The notes beneath the pieces are model-generated. The model worked only from the letters and a program-made list of their open reading frames with translations, had not been told where the DNA came from and ran no database searches. Positions 26,700-38,987 of a DNA stretch of 64,000 nt are shown piece after piece. This stretch comes from Chrysomallon squamiferum (lineage: Eukaryota > Animalia > Mollusca). Positions within the stretch are counted from its first letter, which is position 1, and each line of letters starts with the position of its first letter. The DNA is taken from NCBI GenBank assembly GCA_012295275.1, contig CM022674.1:14074001-14138000 (forward strand), written 5' to 3'. A program made the position numbers and the translations under genes.

Positions 26700-27245
26700 G
26701 AAAATGAATTGTTTGGAATGGGATAAAAAAATCACAGCTGATCACGTAGGTTTGGGTTATATTTAGAAGTTCAAATACAGTATTTTATACTCTTATATTT
26801 CACTTTCACAATTCTGATTTCAGTACCATTTGGAACTGGAAAAAAATCTAGATTTTATTTTTTTCTACTGTTCATGGACACTGGGATCAGAAGGTTTTTG
26901 GGGGGGGGTGTGCATCTGTTTGAAATTGGAAATATATATATATATATATATATATACTTTCTTCTGGGTATTTAATTACAGGTTCTGTGATCAGAAATTT
27001 GGATAGTGTTTGGAACTGAAGAAAAGGATAAAAACATTTTATTTTTTATTTTTTAAATCCTGTACCAGTGGGATCAATAGGTTTGGGCATTTTGTGGAAG
27101 AAGAAGAAAAAAAAACCCAGTATTCTTTATTTTTATTATTATTTTATTAGTGGAATCCGAGGTTTCGGTTCTGTTTGGAATGGGATAAACGAGACCATCA
27201 TTTATTTTCAGAATCCTCAGCCGCTTGGATCAGAAGGTTTGGGCA
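26700..27245. repeat. Degenerate ~90-110-bp tandem array overlapping the FoxJ2/3 exon-5 acceptor
   Basis: TGTTTGGAATGGGATAAA at 26710 and 27172. GGATCAGAAGGTTT at 26884 (intron) and 27227 (exon). Further degenerate copies lie between them. Confidence 0.7.
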
Positions 27246-27308
27246 ACACGGATGACCTGAATGGATCTTTTCTTACTCTGTACAAGTCTGTGTTTGAAAA
27301 CTCTTCAG
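27212..27308 (+). CDS. FOXJ3: FoxJ2/3 exon 5
   Basis: ttattttcag|NPQPLGSEGLGNTDDLNGSFLTLYKSVFENSS|gtaaaa. DLxxSFxxLYKSVFE is a conserved FoxJ2/3 motif. Confidence 0.92.
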
Positions 27309-27568
27309 GTAAAAATATCTTAAACATCTTGTAATCTGTGATTTCATTTTAAATATTAACACACATTGTGTATGTATGTGTATATATATATATCACTGTA
27401 CTGTGATTTATAATAAATAAATAAATAAATCAGAATAATAATCTAATATTCATCATATGATGGCCTGTCTCTGTGACACCTGTAAATATCTTGATTACAG
27501 TGATGATTATTTTCACTATCTTTTATGTTGTATTTGTCTGAATTGCTGTATATGTCTCTTTGTATGTG

Positions 27569-27619
<51 letters not shown>

Positions 27620-27707
27620 TATGTTTGTATCTTAAGAGTGTATGTGTGTATATGTCTGTGTGTATGTTTGTACGTGTGTGTTTTACAACACTGTGTCTCT
27701 GTTACAG

Positions 27708-27746
27708 GTAATCTGAATGCGTTACTGAATGGAGGCACAGCTCAGG
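27708..27746 (+). CDS. FOXJ3: FoxJ2/3 exon 6 (39-nt micro-exon, phase 1/1)
   Basis: ctctgttacag|(G)NLNALLNGGTAQ(G)|gtaagt. Strong splice sites and frame-preserving. Confidence 0.8.
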
Positions 27747-27753
27747 GTAAGTG

Positions 27754-29098
27754 ACATCCACACAACAACAACATCACAGAACTAGTAAAACATCACAAAC
27801 ATCCACACAACAACATCACAGTCCTAGTAAAACATCACAAACATGCACACAACAACATCACAGTCCTAGTAAAACATCACAAACATCCACACAACAACAT
27901 CAGTACTAGTAAAACATCACAAACATCCACACATCAGTCCTAGTAAAACATCACAAACATCCACACAACATCACAGTCCTAGTAAAACATCACAAACATC
28001 ACAGTCCTAGTAAAACATCACAAACATCCACACAACATCACAGTCCTAGTAAAACATCACAAACATCCACACAACAACATCACAGTCCTAGTAAAACATC
28101 ACAAACATCCACACAACATCACAGTCCTAGTAAAACATCACAAACATCCACACAACAATATCACAGTCCTAGTAAAACATCACAAACATCCACACAACAA
28201 CATCACAGTCCTAGTAAAACAGTACAAACATCCACACAACATCACAGTCCTAGTAAAACATCACAAACATCCACACAACAATATCACAGTCCTAGTAAAA
28301 CATCACAAACATCCACACATCACAGTCCTAGTAAAACATCACAAACATCCACACAACAACATCACAGTCCTAGTAAAACATCACAAACATCCACACAACA
28401 TCACAGTCCTAGTAAAACATCACAAACATCCACACATCACAGTCCTAGTAAAACATTACAAACATCACAGTCCTAGTAAAACATCACAAACATCCACACA
28501 ACATCACAGTCCTAGTAAAACATCACAAACATCCACACAACAACATCACAGTCCTAGTAAAACATCACAAACATCCACACAACATCACAGTCCTAGTAAA
28601 ACATCACAAACATCCACACAACATCACAGTCCTAGTAAAACATCACAAACATCCACACAACAACATCACAGTCCTAGTAAAACATCACAAACATCCACAC
28701 AACAATATCACAGTCCTAGTAAAACATCACAAACATCCACACAACAACATCACAGTCCTAGTAAAACATCACAAACATCCACACAACATCACAGTCCTAG
28801 TAAAACATCACAAACATCCACACAACAACATCACAGTCCTAGTAAAACATCACAAACATCCACACAACAACATCACAGTCCTAGTAAAACATCACAAACA
28901 TCCACACAACATCACAGTCCTAGTAAAACATCACAAACATCCACACAACAACAACATCACAGTCCTAGTAAAACATCACAAACATCCACACAACAACAAC
29001 ATCACAGTCCTAGTAAAACATCCACACAACAACATCACAGTCCTAGTAAAACATCACAAGCATCCACACAACAACAACATCACAGTCCTAGTAAAACA
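27754..29098. repeat. ~36-45-bp minisatellite (ACATCACAGTCCTAGTAAAACATCACAAACATCCACACA[ACA]n), ~33 copies
   Basis: Direct observation. Starts 7 nt after the exon-6 boundary. Confidence 0.97.
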
Positions 29099-29658
29099 CC
29101 TCAACTCAAAGCATCACAAACAAAAGTGTCATGTGTGACTGTAGATTAGCTAAGTCGGTTCATCAGTTCATTATGTAGGTTTTGTGGGGGGGTGGATATT
29201 TCCATCAAAATTAAGTTGTTTTTAGCATTCCCTTCACTGACATTTCACAGGTACATTATGTAAGATGTTGTTTATGAAATACTTGTGCAGTTTAAATTTT
29301 CATAACTTCTGCAGTTCAATACATGATAAAATCAATCTGTATAAAAAGTAAGTGAAAATATTTATTGTAGTTCTCTTCCTGTGAGTTTTTGGCATGTTGT
29401 TACATATATACATTGATAACTTTCTTAACATATTGCTTATATCATTTTAAAAACAAAAGTTGCAGAATGTTTTATATTGTGTTTTGAACTAAAGTTATGA
29501 AATCGTTTTTATCACATTCACAACAAAAAAAGTTAATGGAAATTTCTGGCTGCACAGTAATTTTAAAACAACATAAAACAGTGGGTAAATTACAGTTTAA
29601 AACAACTCTGATTCTAACATTTCGGGTGTGATGTAAAATGTTTTTCATTTGTTGACAG

Positions 29659-29775
29659 GAGTTCCAAATCTGAACAGCTCAGCAACAGACTGGCTTCAGA
29701 ATTTGGACAGCTTGAAGGAAAGTATGAGACTGAATGGCAACGACCTCAATAACATTGACATGACCCAGTTCCAAG
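29659..29775 (+). CDS. FOXJ3: FoxJ2/3 exon 7
   Basis: gttgacag|GVPNLNSSATDWLQNLDSLKESMRLNGNDLNNIDMTQFQ|gtgaga. DWxxxLDxLKES...xDxxQFQG is a FoxJ2/3 motif. Confidence 0.93.
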
Positions 29776-30811
29776 GTGAGACCATGCAATGTGAGTGATC
29801 AGCTTTTTACTAATACTGCCAGGGGAGGTAAATCTTTCACACTGTCATCATCTGGTGTCACCAGTTACTGGACTTTAATTCGTCTATTTGTTAATTTATC
29901 TGTTTTATTTTTAAGCTCTCGTTAGAATTTTTTTAAATTTAAACTGGACCTTTTTTTATTTTGATTAAATAATAATTGTTAATGAAAATTGTTATATAAT
30001 AATAATAATAGCCAGGTAATTTTATAACCATATTTATTCTTCTCTTTCTTTATTATTTAAAAGTAACAACATTAATTAAAAAAAACATTATAAAGTAAAA
30101 GAGAATCCAGGTGAAAATGTTTGACAGATTTTCCTCTCAGCATTGTTTTTTCTTTTGATTTTTTTTGTTCTTTAAAATTCACATTTACTAAATAAAGTAA
30201 AATACTGTGTATTTTGTTTATAATAATGTTCTATGAGTAAACATTGTTTTGTTGTATTGCTGCTAGCAGAATTGACACATATGCATGTGTATGCATCTGC
30301 ACACATACATATATAATATATATAAACATAGGTATACCCATACGTACATTCATGCATTCATGTATGCACACAGACACACATACATATACATGTATATATA
30401 TATATATCTGTGTGTGGGCACAAAAATGTCTCTAAACAAACATGTATATACATACATTCATACATAGAATTTTACAAATGTAAATGTAATTATGATTGAT
30501 TTAAAGGTAAACATTACAAATAACTGTTAAAATTGATTTAAAATAAAAACTGAATGGATGTGTTGTTCATAAGTGGCTGGACATTACAAATAACTTTACA
30601 AACAGACTGGTGTAAAAAGTAAATGTGTGTTTGTCATACTGCAAGTGTTTGTTTCTGTTGTGTTGTGCATTGTGAACAGACTAATCACAGGGTGAAGATA
30701 ACACTGAAACGTTTAATTGTTTTTACATCCTTTTTCTGTTACTGGAAGATTTAAAAAAAAAAAATTATATTTGATTTGTTTATATTGATTTTATTATTAT
30801 TGTTGTTAATG

Positions 30812-30874
<63 letters not shown>

Positions 30875-31849
30875 AGGCTAAATACATAATTTGCATAATT
30901 GTTTCATTAGCACAAATTCTAGTACAGCTTTTTTTCTTATTATCTCACTTTATATTTCCTTCAGCTTGCCAGCTAGTCTTTTTCACATTTTATAATTTAA
31001 AAAGAAAAGAAAAGAAAAGAAAAAAAGAAAGAAAAGTATTGTATAATTCTGTTATTGTAATATTGTAATTACTTCAACACTGAAGAAGAGACATCAAGAA
31101 TCTAACTCTAAATGCATGATATTACAAATAAACTTGAAATAATTTCTCTTCTGATTCTTTTTTCTGAGCTTGTGTTACATGCTGGCACTTGCAATTACCA
31201 AGCAGATGAACTGTGCTGTGTATGGTTTGGACAATGCCATATTACGGTATCTTTGGTATTATTAGATGTATAAACATGACAGTGCATAAAGTTTACTAAA
31301 TGTGTTTTCTGATTTTAGTTTGTTTGTCAAAATAAAATCTGACTTGTTTTCTGCACAGAAATAATCTTACTTAATGATTAACTCAGCAACTAATTCTAAT
31401 AATTCTGTAAAATGATTAGAAATGATTATTTTGATTGGTATATGCATTTGATGATAATTTATTTATTTATTTATTTATTTGTGATTGCTTTATTGTTATG
31501 CTATTATCATCACAGATGTATCATCATAACAACATACTGATATATATACACATTCAGATACGTGTGTGTATGTGTGTTTGTGTGTGTGTGAATCATATAT
31601 ATATATATATATGTATGTGTGTATATTCAATATATAAACACATATTTATATAACATATATAAATGTGCATCTGTATATATGTGTGTGTGTGTGTCTGTGT
31701 GTTATATTATTTTCATTATTATCATTATCATTATTATGATTATTATTATTATTATTATTGTTATTATTATTATTATTGTTATTATTTTAAATCATCATCA
31801 CAGATATTAAGCTGAGCGATGCTGTGACTGTGTGATGTTGTTGTTGCAG

Positions 31850-31978
31850 GTTTGATGGACACAGTAAAACAGGGGGAGGGAAACAACTGGTCAATGAACC
31901 CGGAACAGTTTGCCGATCTAGCATCCTCCCTCAACAACTTCTTCAATCGCCAGAGCCAGTCACAACATAAACCTGTGG
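31850..31978 (+). CDS. FOXJ3: FoxJ2/3 exon 8
   Basis: gttgttgcag|GLMDTVKQGEGNNWSMNPEQFADLASSLNNFFNRQSQSQHKPV|gtaagt. GLM...NWS...QFADL.SSLN.FF is a FoxJ3 motif. Confidence 0.94.
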
Positions 31979-32015
31979 GTAAGTCACTGTACAAAACCAG
32001 GCAAGTCACAGCACA

Positions 32016-32504
32016 GGTAAATCACAACATAAAACAGTTGGTAAATCACAACATAAAACAGTTGGTAAATCACAACATAAAACAGTTGGTAAGTCACAAC
32101 ATGAAACAGTTGGTAAATCACAACATAAAACTGGGGTAAGTCACAACATGAAACAGTTGGTAAGTCACAACATAAAACAGTTGGTAATACACAACATAAA
32201 ACAGTTGGTAAGTCACAACATAAAAGAGTTGGTAAATCACAACATAAAACTGGGGTAAGTCACAACATGAAACAGTTGGTAAGTCACAACATAAAAGAGT
32301 TGGTAAATCACAACATAAAACAGTTGGTAAGTCACAACATAAAACAGTTGGTAAATCACAACATAAAACAGTTGGTAAGTCACAACATAAAAGAGTTGGT
32401 AAATCAGAACATAAAACTGGGGTAAGTCACAACATGAAACAGTTGGTAAGTTACAACATAAAACAGTTGGTAAGTCACAACATAAAACTGGGGTAAGTCA
32501 CAAC
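32016..32504. repeat. 23-24-bp minisatellite (GGTAA[G/A]TCACAACATAAAACAGTT), 21 copies
   Basis: Direct observation. The unit is near-identical to the exon-8 3' end plus donor. Confidence 0.97.
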
Positions 32505-32748
32505 TAAAAGGTTTGTGGAAAGTGCTGTTCTGTCAGTAACACTGAACCTAAAATATCCTCTGTAAGTAAGTAAAGCAGGAATAATGATAGCTGGTTTCCT
32601 CTCTAGGATTTTATCATCATACAAAATATAAATATTTAATAAGCTGTAAGCTTCCATTCAGTAGGTACAGTGTTCTGTTGGAAGGGTAGTTTAATGCTGT
32701 TTTGAAACTGTGTTTTGAAATGTGACAGTTTTAATGTCTGTGTTGCAG

Positions 32749-32849
32749 TAACAAATCACGTATACAGCAACGGTGTTGTCGGACACACAGACACGTCCAG
32801 AGCAGACATCCACCTGTCCAACAGTCCACAGATCAGTCCTCACTCACAG
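32749..32849 (+). CDS. FOXJ3: FoxJ2/3 exon 9
   Basis: tgtgttgcag|(V)TNHVYSNGVVGHTDTSRADIHLSNSPQISPHSQ|gtaatc. Phase 1/0 bridges exons 8 and 10. Confidence 0.85.
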
Positions 32850-33009
32850 GTAATCATCAGAGTTTCATTTTTTTATTGTTGTTGTTATTATCTTTATTAC
32901 TATTATTATTATTAGGTAATTAATTAATTTATTTATTTATTTTTGTTGTTGTTGTTGTTGTTACCATGTTTCTAATTGATTCATGCTGGTAACTGAGACA
33001 TCAGCAAAA

Positions 33010-33182
33010 AAATCTCTGATTGATGATAAAACATTTAAAACCAGTTCTGATTGGTAAAAAAATCAGCAAAAAAATTCTGATTGATGATAAAACATTTAAA
33101 ACCAGTTCTGATTGGTAATTAAATCTTGTAAAACCAGTTCTGATTGGTGATTAAAACTTGTAAAACCAGTTCTGATTGGTTC
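33010..33182. repeat. ~31-bp tandem repeat (AAAACCAGTTCTGATTGGT...) ending at the last-exon acceptor
   Basis: Four AAAACCAGTTCTGATTGGT copies plus two CTGATTGATG variants. Confidence 0.9.
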
Positions 33183-33191
33183 ATTTTTCAG

Positions 33192-33305
33192 AGTGGTTCT
33201 GAAAGTTACTCATCCGCCCAGACTGTTGTCTCTGTGCATACGGGTGCCTATCGCCATAGCGACGACATTGAGGAGGACTTCACAGACTGGGACAAACTCC
33301 TGTGA
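33192..33305 (+). CDS. FOXJ3: FoxJ2/3 terminal coding exon
   Basis: catttttcag|SGSESYSSAQTVVSVHTGAYRHSDDIEEDFTDWDKLL*. The acidic D-F-x-DWD C-terminal motif of FoxJ2/3 is present. Confidence 0.93.
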   Translation, partial: SGSESYSSAQTVVSVHTGAYRHSDDIEEDFTDWDKLL

Positions 33306-33818
33306 TCTTTTTACTTCACTCATTACATCATCCAATCACAGCCTTCACCATCAAGTCACATGATCAAACCGTCCAATCACATGTTTATCCAATCAGAACC
33401 ATGTCACAGCTATATTTAACTGATATACACATTTCATAATATTTTCAGATTTTTGTGGTTTTTATTTTATTTTTTTTTCCATTTTTCAAAACCGAGCCAT
33501 GTAACATTACCCGTCCAATATTTTGTGTTATTATACATTTTGTTTTTCAATCTTTGTTGCTGTTAGACACATTTACATTTTTATTGTTTTTCATGTGGTT
33601 ACTTCTGTACTTCACTGAGTGAAGTACTTTTTGATGAACATTTATTTGTTACCTGTACTGAATTTTGTGTCAGCTGTACTGAGTATATGGATTGCTGATA
33701 TCATAGTATATATATACATGTGTTGTGCCATGGAACATTAGAAATATAAAAAAGAAGCATAAAATTCATTATATATTAACTCTTGATATACGAATAGAAA
33801 CATACATGCACAGAAACA

Positions 33819-33854
<36 letters not shown>

Positions 33855-34543
33855 TGTTCATATATCTACTGTATAAATAAATAAAATTTTATATTTGGAT
33901 GCAAAATAAATATATCTTGGATACAAGTATATATCCTTTTACTCATGGATACAGTTAAATATTAATTTACTGTTAATTCAAATACCCACTTAATTTAATT
34001 TCAAATATAATAAATATCCATGGATATAATAATAACATACACTGAATATATATATATCATCAAAGAATTTACTAAATAAAATATACACAATAAAATATAC
34101 ACACATCTACATCACACATAAATATACATAAACAAAACATGAATGAACATACACATACATTACCATTATAAGGTACAAAATAGATGTATGAATTTTTCAT
34201 GTCACCAAATTGCTCAGAAAACCTTTAACATGCACTAATTATTCATTGAAGTCACTGATAATTTGTATTAATAGTTTGTTTTACAGTATCATGTTGTATA
34301 TATCTTGTATCACACTGCATATAATATAATATATGTATGTACCTAATATATATAGGCTTAACCACCAGTCAGATCAAGCATAGGGTTATAGAGCGAATGA
34401 AGTTCAAGAATACATATGCAATACTTTTTGTTTTTTATATATATATATATATATATATAGCTGTTTTAATGTTGTTAAAATTAATTAATTTTTCACTTTT
34501 TGTTTTAAGTTTTCTAAAGGTTTTAAATTATAAATGCTGAATG

Positions 34544-34584
<41 letters not shown>

Positions 34585-35844
34585 CCATATTATTATTAAT
34601 GTAAAAAAATAGTAGAAAGTAAAATAAAATAAAAATCAGTAAACAAACAAACAAACCCAATCACAGTGATGTTAATGCTTTAATTATAATAAATAAACAT
34701 TAGTGACAGTAATAACAAATAGCTTTATAATAAATACACAAACAAATAAGTTTTATAAGTAATGGTGTATGGAAAACTGAACTGATGTTCTTCAACAAAC
34801 CCAGTTGATAGTCAACCCTGTGTTATATCTCTTGTATTCTGCCCCTACAACCCACTTCCCATCATGCATCACACTGTACATTTTACATAGTCTTGTGTTC
34901 AGGTCATAATTTTATTCCATTGTTAATGACTTATGTTTTTTAATTTTTAATACTTTTAAACTATTACGAAGACAAAATTAATATATTTAGCTATTTTCAG
35001 TAGATTGTTATATTTGTTTACAAAAAGAAATTTGTCAACAGTTTCAGTTTAAATTGTGGTGGATCAGTCTTTTAAGTACTATTGTTTCTATCGAAATAAT
35101 ATTTTGTAATTGATATATCAAATTTTACTTTTTTATATGTTATAAGTAATATTTTAACATTAAATGAATCATATTGAAATAATATACAAGAACGTTTGAC
35201 CTATATTAAAGTTACATAACTCTAGCAGTAAAAGTTTTAAATTTCACCATACCCACATTTTGTTTTCTGTAATGTTGAAACTGATAAAAACAGAATAAAT
35301 AAAAAATATACAGAAAAAAACCTTCAGTCTCTTGGTAGGACCTTACAAACATATTTTAAAATAATTTTAAAAGTTTCGAATTATTAAAAAGATTTTATTT
35401 TAAAAAAATGATATGGTTTTCTATTTTGAACTGTGATACTCTTTGTACACACTTGTAGCATCTTCCTTTAACTTCATTCTGTATGAAACAGCTAGGATCA
35501 TCACATGTAATATACTGACAATATTTCACACCATAAATAATAGGTTTTATTTATCATTCTTTTGTAGTGTACAGATATTTTCCTTACCATGCTGTTAAAA
35601 TACATTTCTTTCAAACAAAACGAATTATTATTTATTTTTTTAATTGACATTTTCTTCAACCAGTGTTAAAAATTTTTTTAGGTATTGACGATGTTCCAAA
35701 AAGAACGAAACAGTTTCAAAAATGGTTGAGTTTGTTATTTTATTTTAATTTTAATTTTTTCTGTGTGTGGTGCTGTTCATTTTATTTTATCTGGAAAGTT
35801 CAATGGATATTAATTAGCACTGCGGTATATGATTTACATGACAG

Positions 35845-36060
35845 CTTCATGAATATTCATCATTATAGTTGTTGTTTTAGCTCACAAGTTCATGAATATT
35901 CATCATAATGGCTGTTTTGTCTGGTAACTTCATTAATATTCATCATGGCTGTTTTATCTGATAACATGAATATTCATCACAGCTGTTTTATCTTTGTAGA
36001 TGTCATGAATATTCATCATCATAGCTGTTTTATCTGATAACTTCATGAATATTCGTCATT
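35845..36060. repeat. ~38-bp degenerate tandem repeat with palindrome ATGAATATTCAT, 6 copies
   Basis: Four perfect and two single-mismatch palindromes. Confidence 0.85.
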
Positions 36061-37961
36061 AATTAACTGATTTTTGTATCTGTGTGTTGCTGTTTTATAG
36101 TTATAACCACTGTTTGTTAATATTGTTTATTTTTATTACATAATATATCTCTGTATGCACTGTTCTTTCTGTTTATATACCATATTTTGAAACTAATTTA
36201 AGTAAGTAAATAAATAAAAAAAAAAAAAAAAATAAATAGATAAATATCTAAGCAAACATTGTGAGATAAAATTAAGAGAAAAAACATGTTTATAAAACTT
36301 TTAGATTTGTTATTTACTTTTTAATTTTTGAAAATACTCTTTACTTTTCATTCATCCGTCCATCTGTTTGTTTGTTATTTGCACTGGCTGTGAAATAACT
36401 TTTTAATTTTCATTTGTTACTGTGCAGTGTTTATTTATTTACACTTGTTTCAACAGTTGTCCCAGCAATTGAACTGAACAAATATGTATGTATATATGTT
36501 TTATTTTATTTATTTATTTTTTAGAGCTCAATATTACCCGGTAATCTATTTTTTTTTTTTTTTAAATTTTGTCATTTTCAATATAAATTAATAATAATAA
36601 TAATAATAAATAAATTTAAATTGTACAAAAATGAATTTTTAGCAAAAGTTTATTTATTTATTTTTTTTTTTTTTTTTTTTTGTATAAAATTATACTTTTC
36701 ACATTTTAACATACATTTGTTTCTATCTTATTAAACAATAGTTGTGGTGCTAAACATGGCATAATGATTGTTTTATTTAATGGAGTTAACCTTTACTAAT
36801 AATAAAGTGAAATAATAGTTTGACAATCTCTCTGTGAAATTTGAGGGCTACAATTAACAAAAACATTTAATGCATTTTGTACTGTTACCTTCTTGTTTCA
36901 TTTGTTTATAGAAACAAACCTTTCATAACAATAAAATACAACAACAATTTACAAACATTAAAGGCAGCCATTTGCTGTACATTTTCAACAGAACATTTGT
37001 ACAGATGAAATATATGTGTTAATAAAATTATAAATAAATAATTTGATATAGATTTTTTTTTCTTTATAAATAATGATAGCTTGTTCTGGAAGAACTAAAT
37101 TGCATGTAAACTACTTCATAACATCAGAAATATGAACTTAAAAAAAAAAGACATATTACATAACAAATATTAGGTGAATATTTCATTTTACAACCATCAG
37201 AGGTCTTATATGAATTAAACAATCAAATGTTAATATAATTTATAATAACACTATTAGGATTTTTTTCTTTCAACTTGAAATGATTTTTAGAAAATAGTAT
37301 TTTGGGCGACAAAAAAGGCAGTACAAACTGAGTGTCCCATTTTGCGCATGCGTTATTTAATTTAATTGAAAATAAATTTTATTTGATCCTGTATGACAAG
37401 TACATTTTAATAAATTATTTTGTTTTTATGTCATTTCTGACATTATGAATCTATTATTTTTATACACTGTGCAATTTAACTGTTATTCATTTGTAAAATC
37501 TATCATGTTGTTTCTTTTTTTATTTAATAAAAATGTAAATATATATATATATATATATTTTTTTTCCCATGATGTGAAAATCATTAATAATGTACGTAGT
37601 TAAGTGATGTATTAATTTTAATAATGTTTCGTTGAATCATTGAATTTGTATTTTTTGTTTACATCTCTGTAAACAGTAGTGCTGTCTTTATTTAAATATT
37701 TCAAAATCAGACGAAGAAGCAAATACTGTCTTTTCTTATACAACTACCACTACTACTTCTACTACAACTACTACTGCTGCAACAACTACTACTAGCACTG
37801 ATACAGTTGTTGTTATTATTATTAATTTTTGTTATTATTAGTTAAATAAAAAGCTTGTAATATAATTAATTTCATTCCAAATTCAGTTTTTAAAGTCATT
37901 AAAATCTATTTTTATGAAATAGTTACATCATTTATTTGGATGCAGTGTTTACAGAATATCT

Positions 37962-38100
37962 TTGTGTGTATAATGAATCCTGTGTTAATGAATGTATAAT
38001 GAATCCTTTGTGTGTATAATGAATCCTTTGTGTGTATAATGAATCCTGTGTTAGTGTATAATGAATCCTGTGTTAATGTATAATGAATCCTGTGTTAATG
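37962..38100. repeat. ~21-26-bp tandem repeat (TGTATAATGAATCCT[T]TGTG), ~6 copies
   Basis: Direct observation. Confidence 0.9.
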
Positions 38101-38601
38101 AGGAATAATTTCATATCTATCTGATACAGAACTGTCCCATTTTTAAACAATTTTCACCTAGAATCATACTTGGAGATCTATTTTACTTTCAAATATTGTT
38201 CAGAAATTGGTGACATCAACTACACTGATAATAAAAATCAGCAACAATGTCATGTATTTTTCTGATTGTGTGATCTTTCATACAGATGTGTATAAACAGC
38301 CTTTCAGCAGCAAATATGGATGACTGGAATTTTATTTATTTATTAATATTCCACCCAAAATAGAAGAACATTGTTTTAATAATAAATGTAGAATAAGATG
38401 AGTCAGTTTTATTTTGTTTTGTTATTTCCTGGGAATTTAAAATATTTTGTATATATGAAAATTCTGTTATTAAACATAATACAACCATTTAAGACAGACA
38501 CCTGTCAGATGGTTTACTTATTCAATTCATTGTTTAAAATATTTATGCATATCCATTTCCCTGCTCTCTTTTTTTGAGTTTTCATATTATTTTCTTAATC
38601 A

Positions 38602-38642
<41 letters not shown>

Positions 38643-38956
38643 GTTGTTATTGTTGTTATTACTTTGAAATGCAACTGTTTATCTACGATACTGATAACAT
38701 TTGAACTATTCAGAAATTAGTTTATCCACATTTGCTGCTGACTTTTGATCTCATATTTTTGCAAAACCATCCTTAATTCTGACAATACTGTGTATATTCA
38801 ATACTGACTGGTCAGAGAGACAAACGTGTTATAATGGTCAATTTTTATTTGGTCGTTAAATATCAGATTGATTTGGCCATTTTGGGTTACTAAATTTTTT
38901 ATAGTAATCAGTTTTTAGAAATTTAAGAAAACTGTTTAACTAATTATTATTACATT

Positions 38957-38987
<31 letters not shown>

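Noticed and set aside
31979-32139. Read-through extension (VNHNIKQL)n of FoxJ2/3 exon 8 as the normal C-terminus
   Set aside because: A consensus donor at 31978 and downstream exons supply the conserved FoxJ2/3 C-terminal motif. Read-through would only be a retained-intron product.
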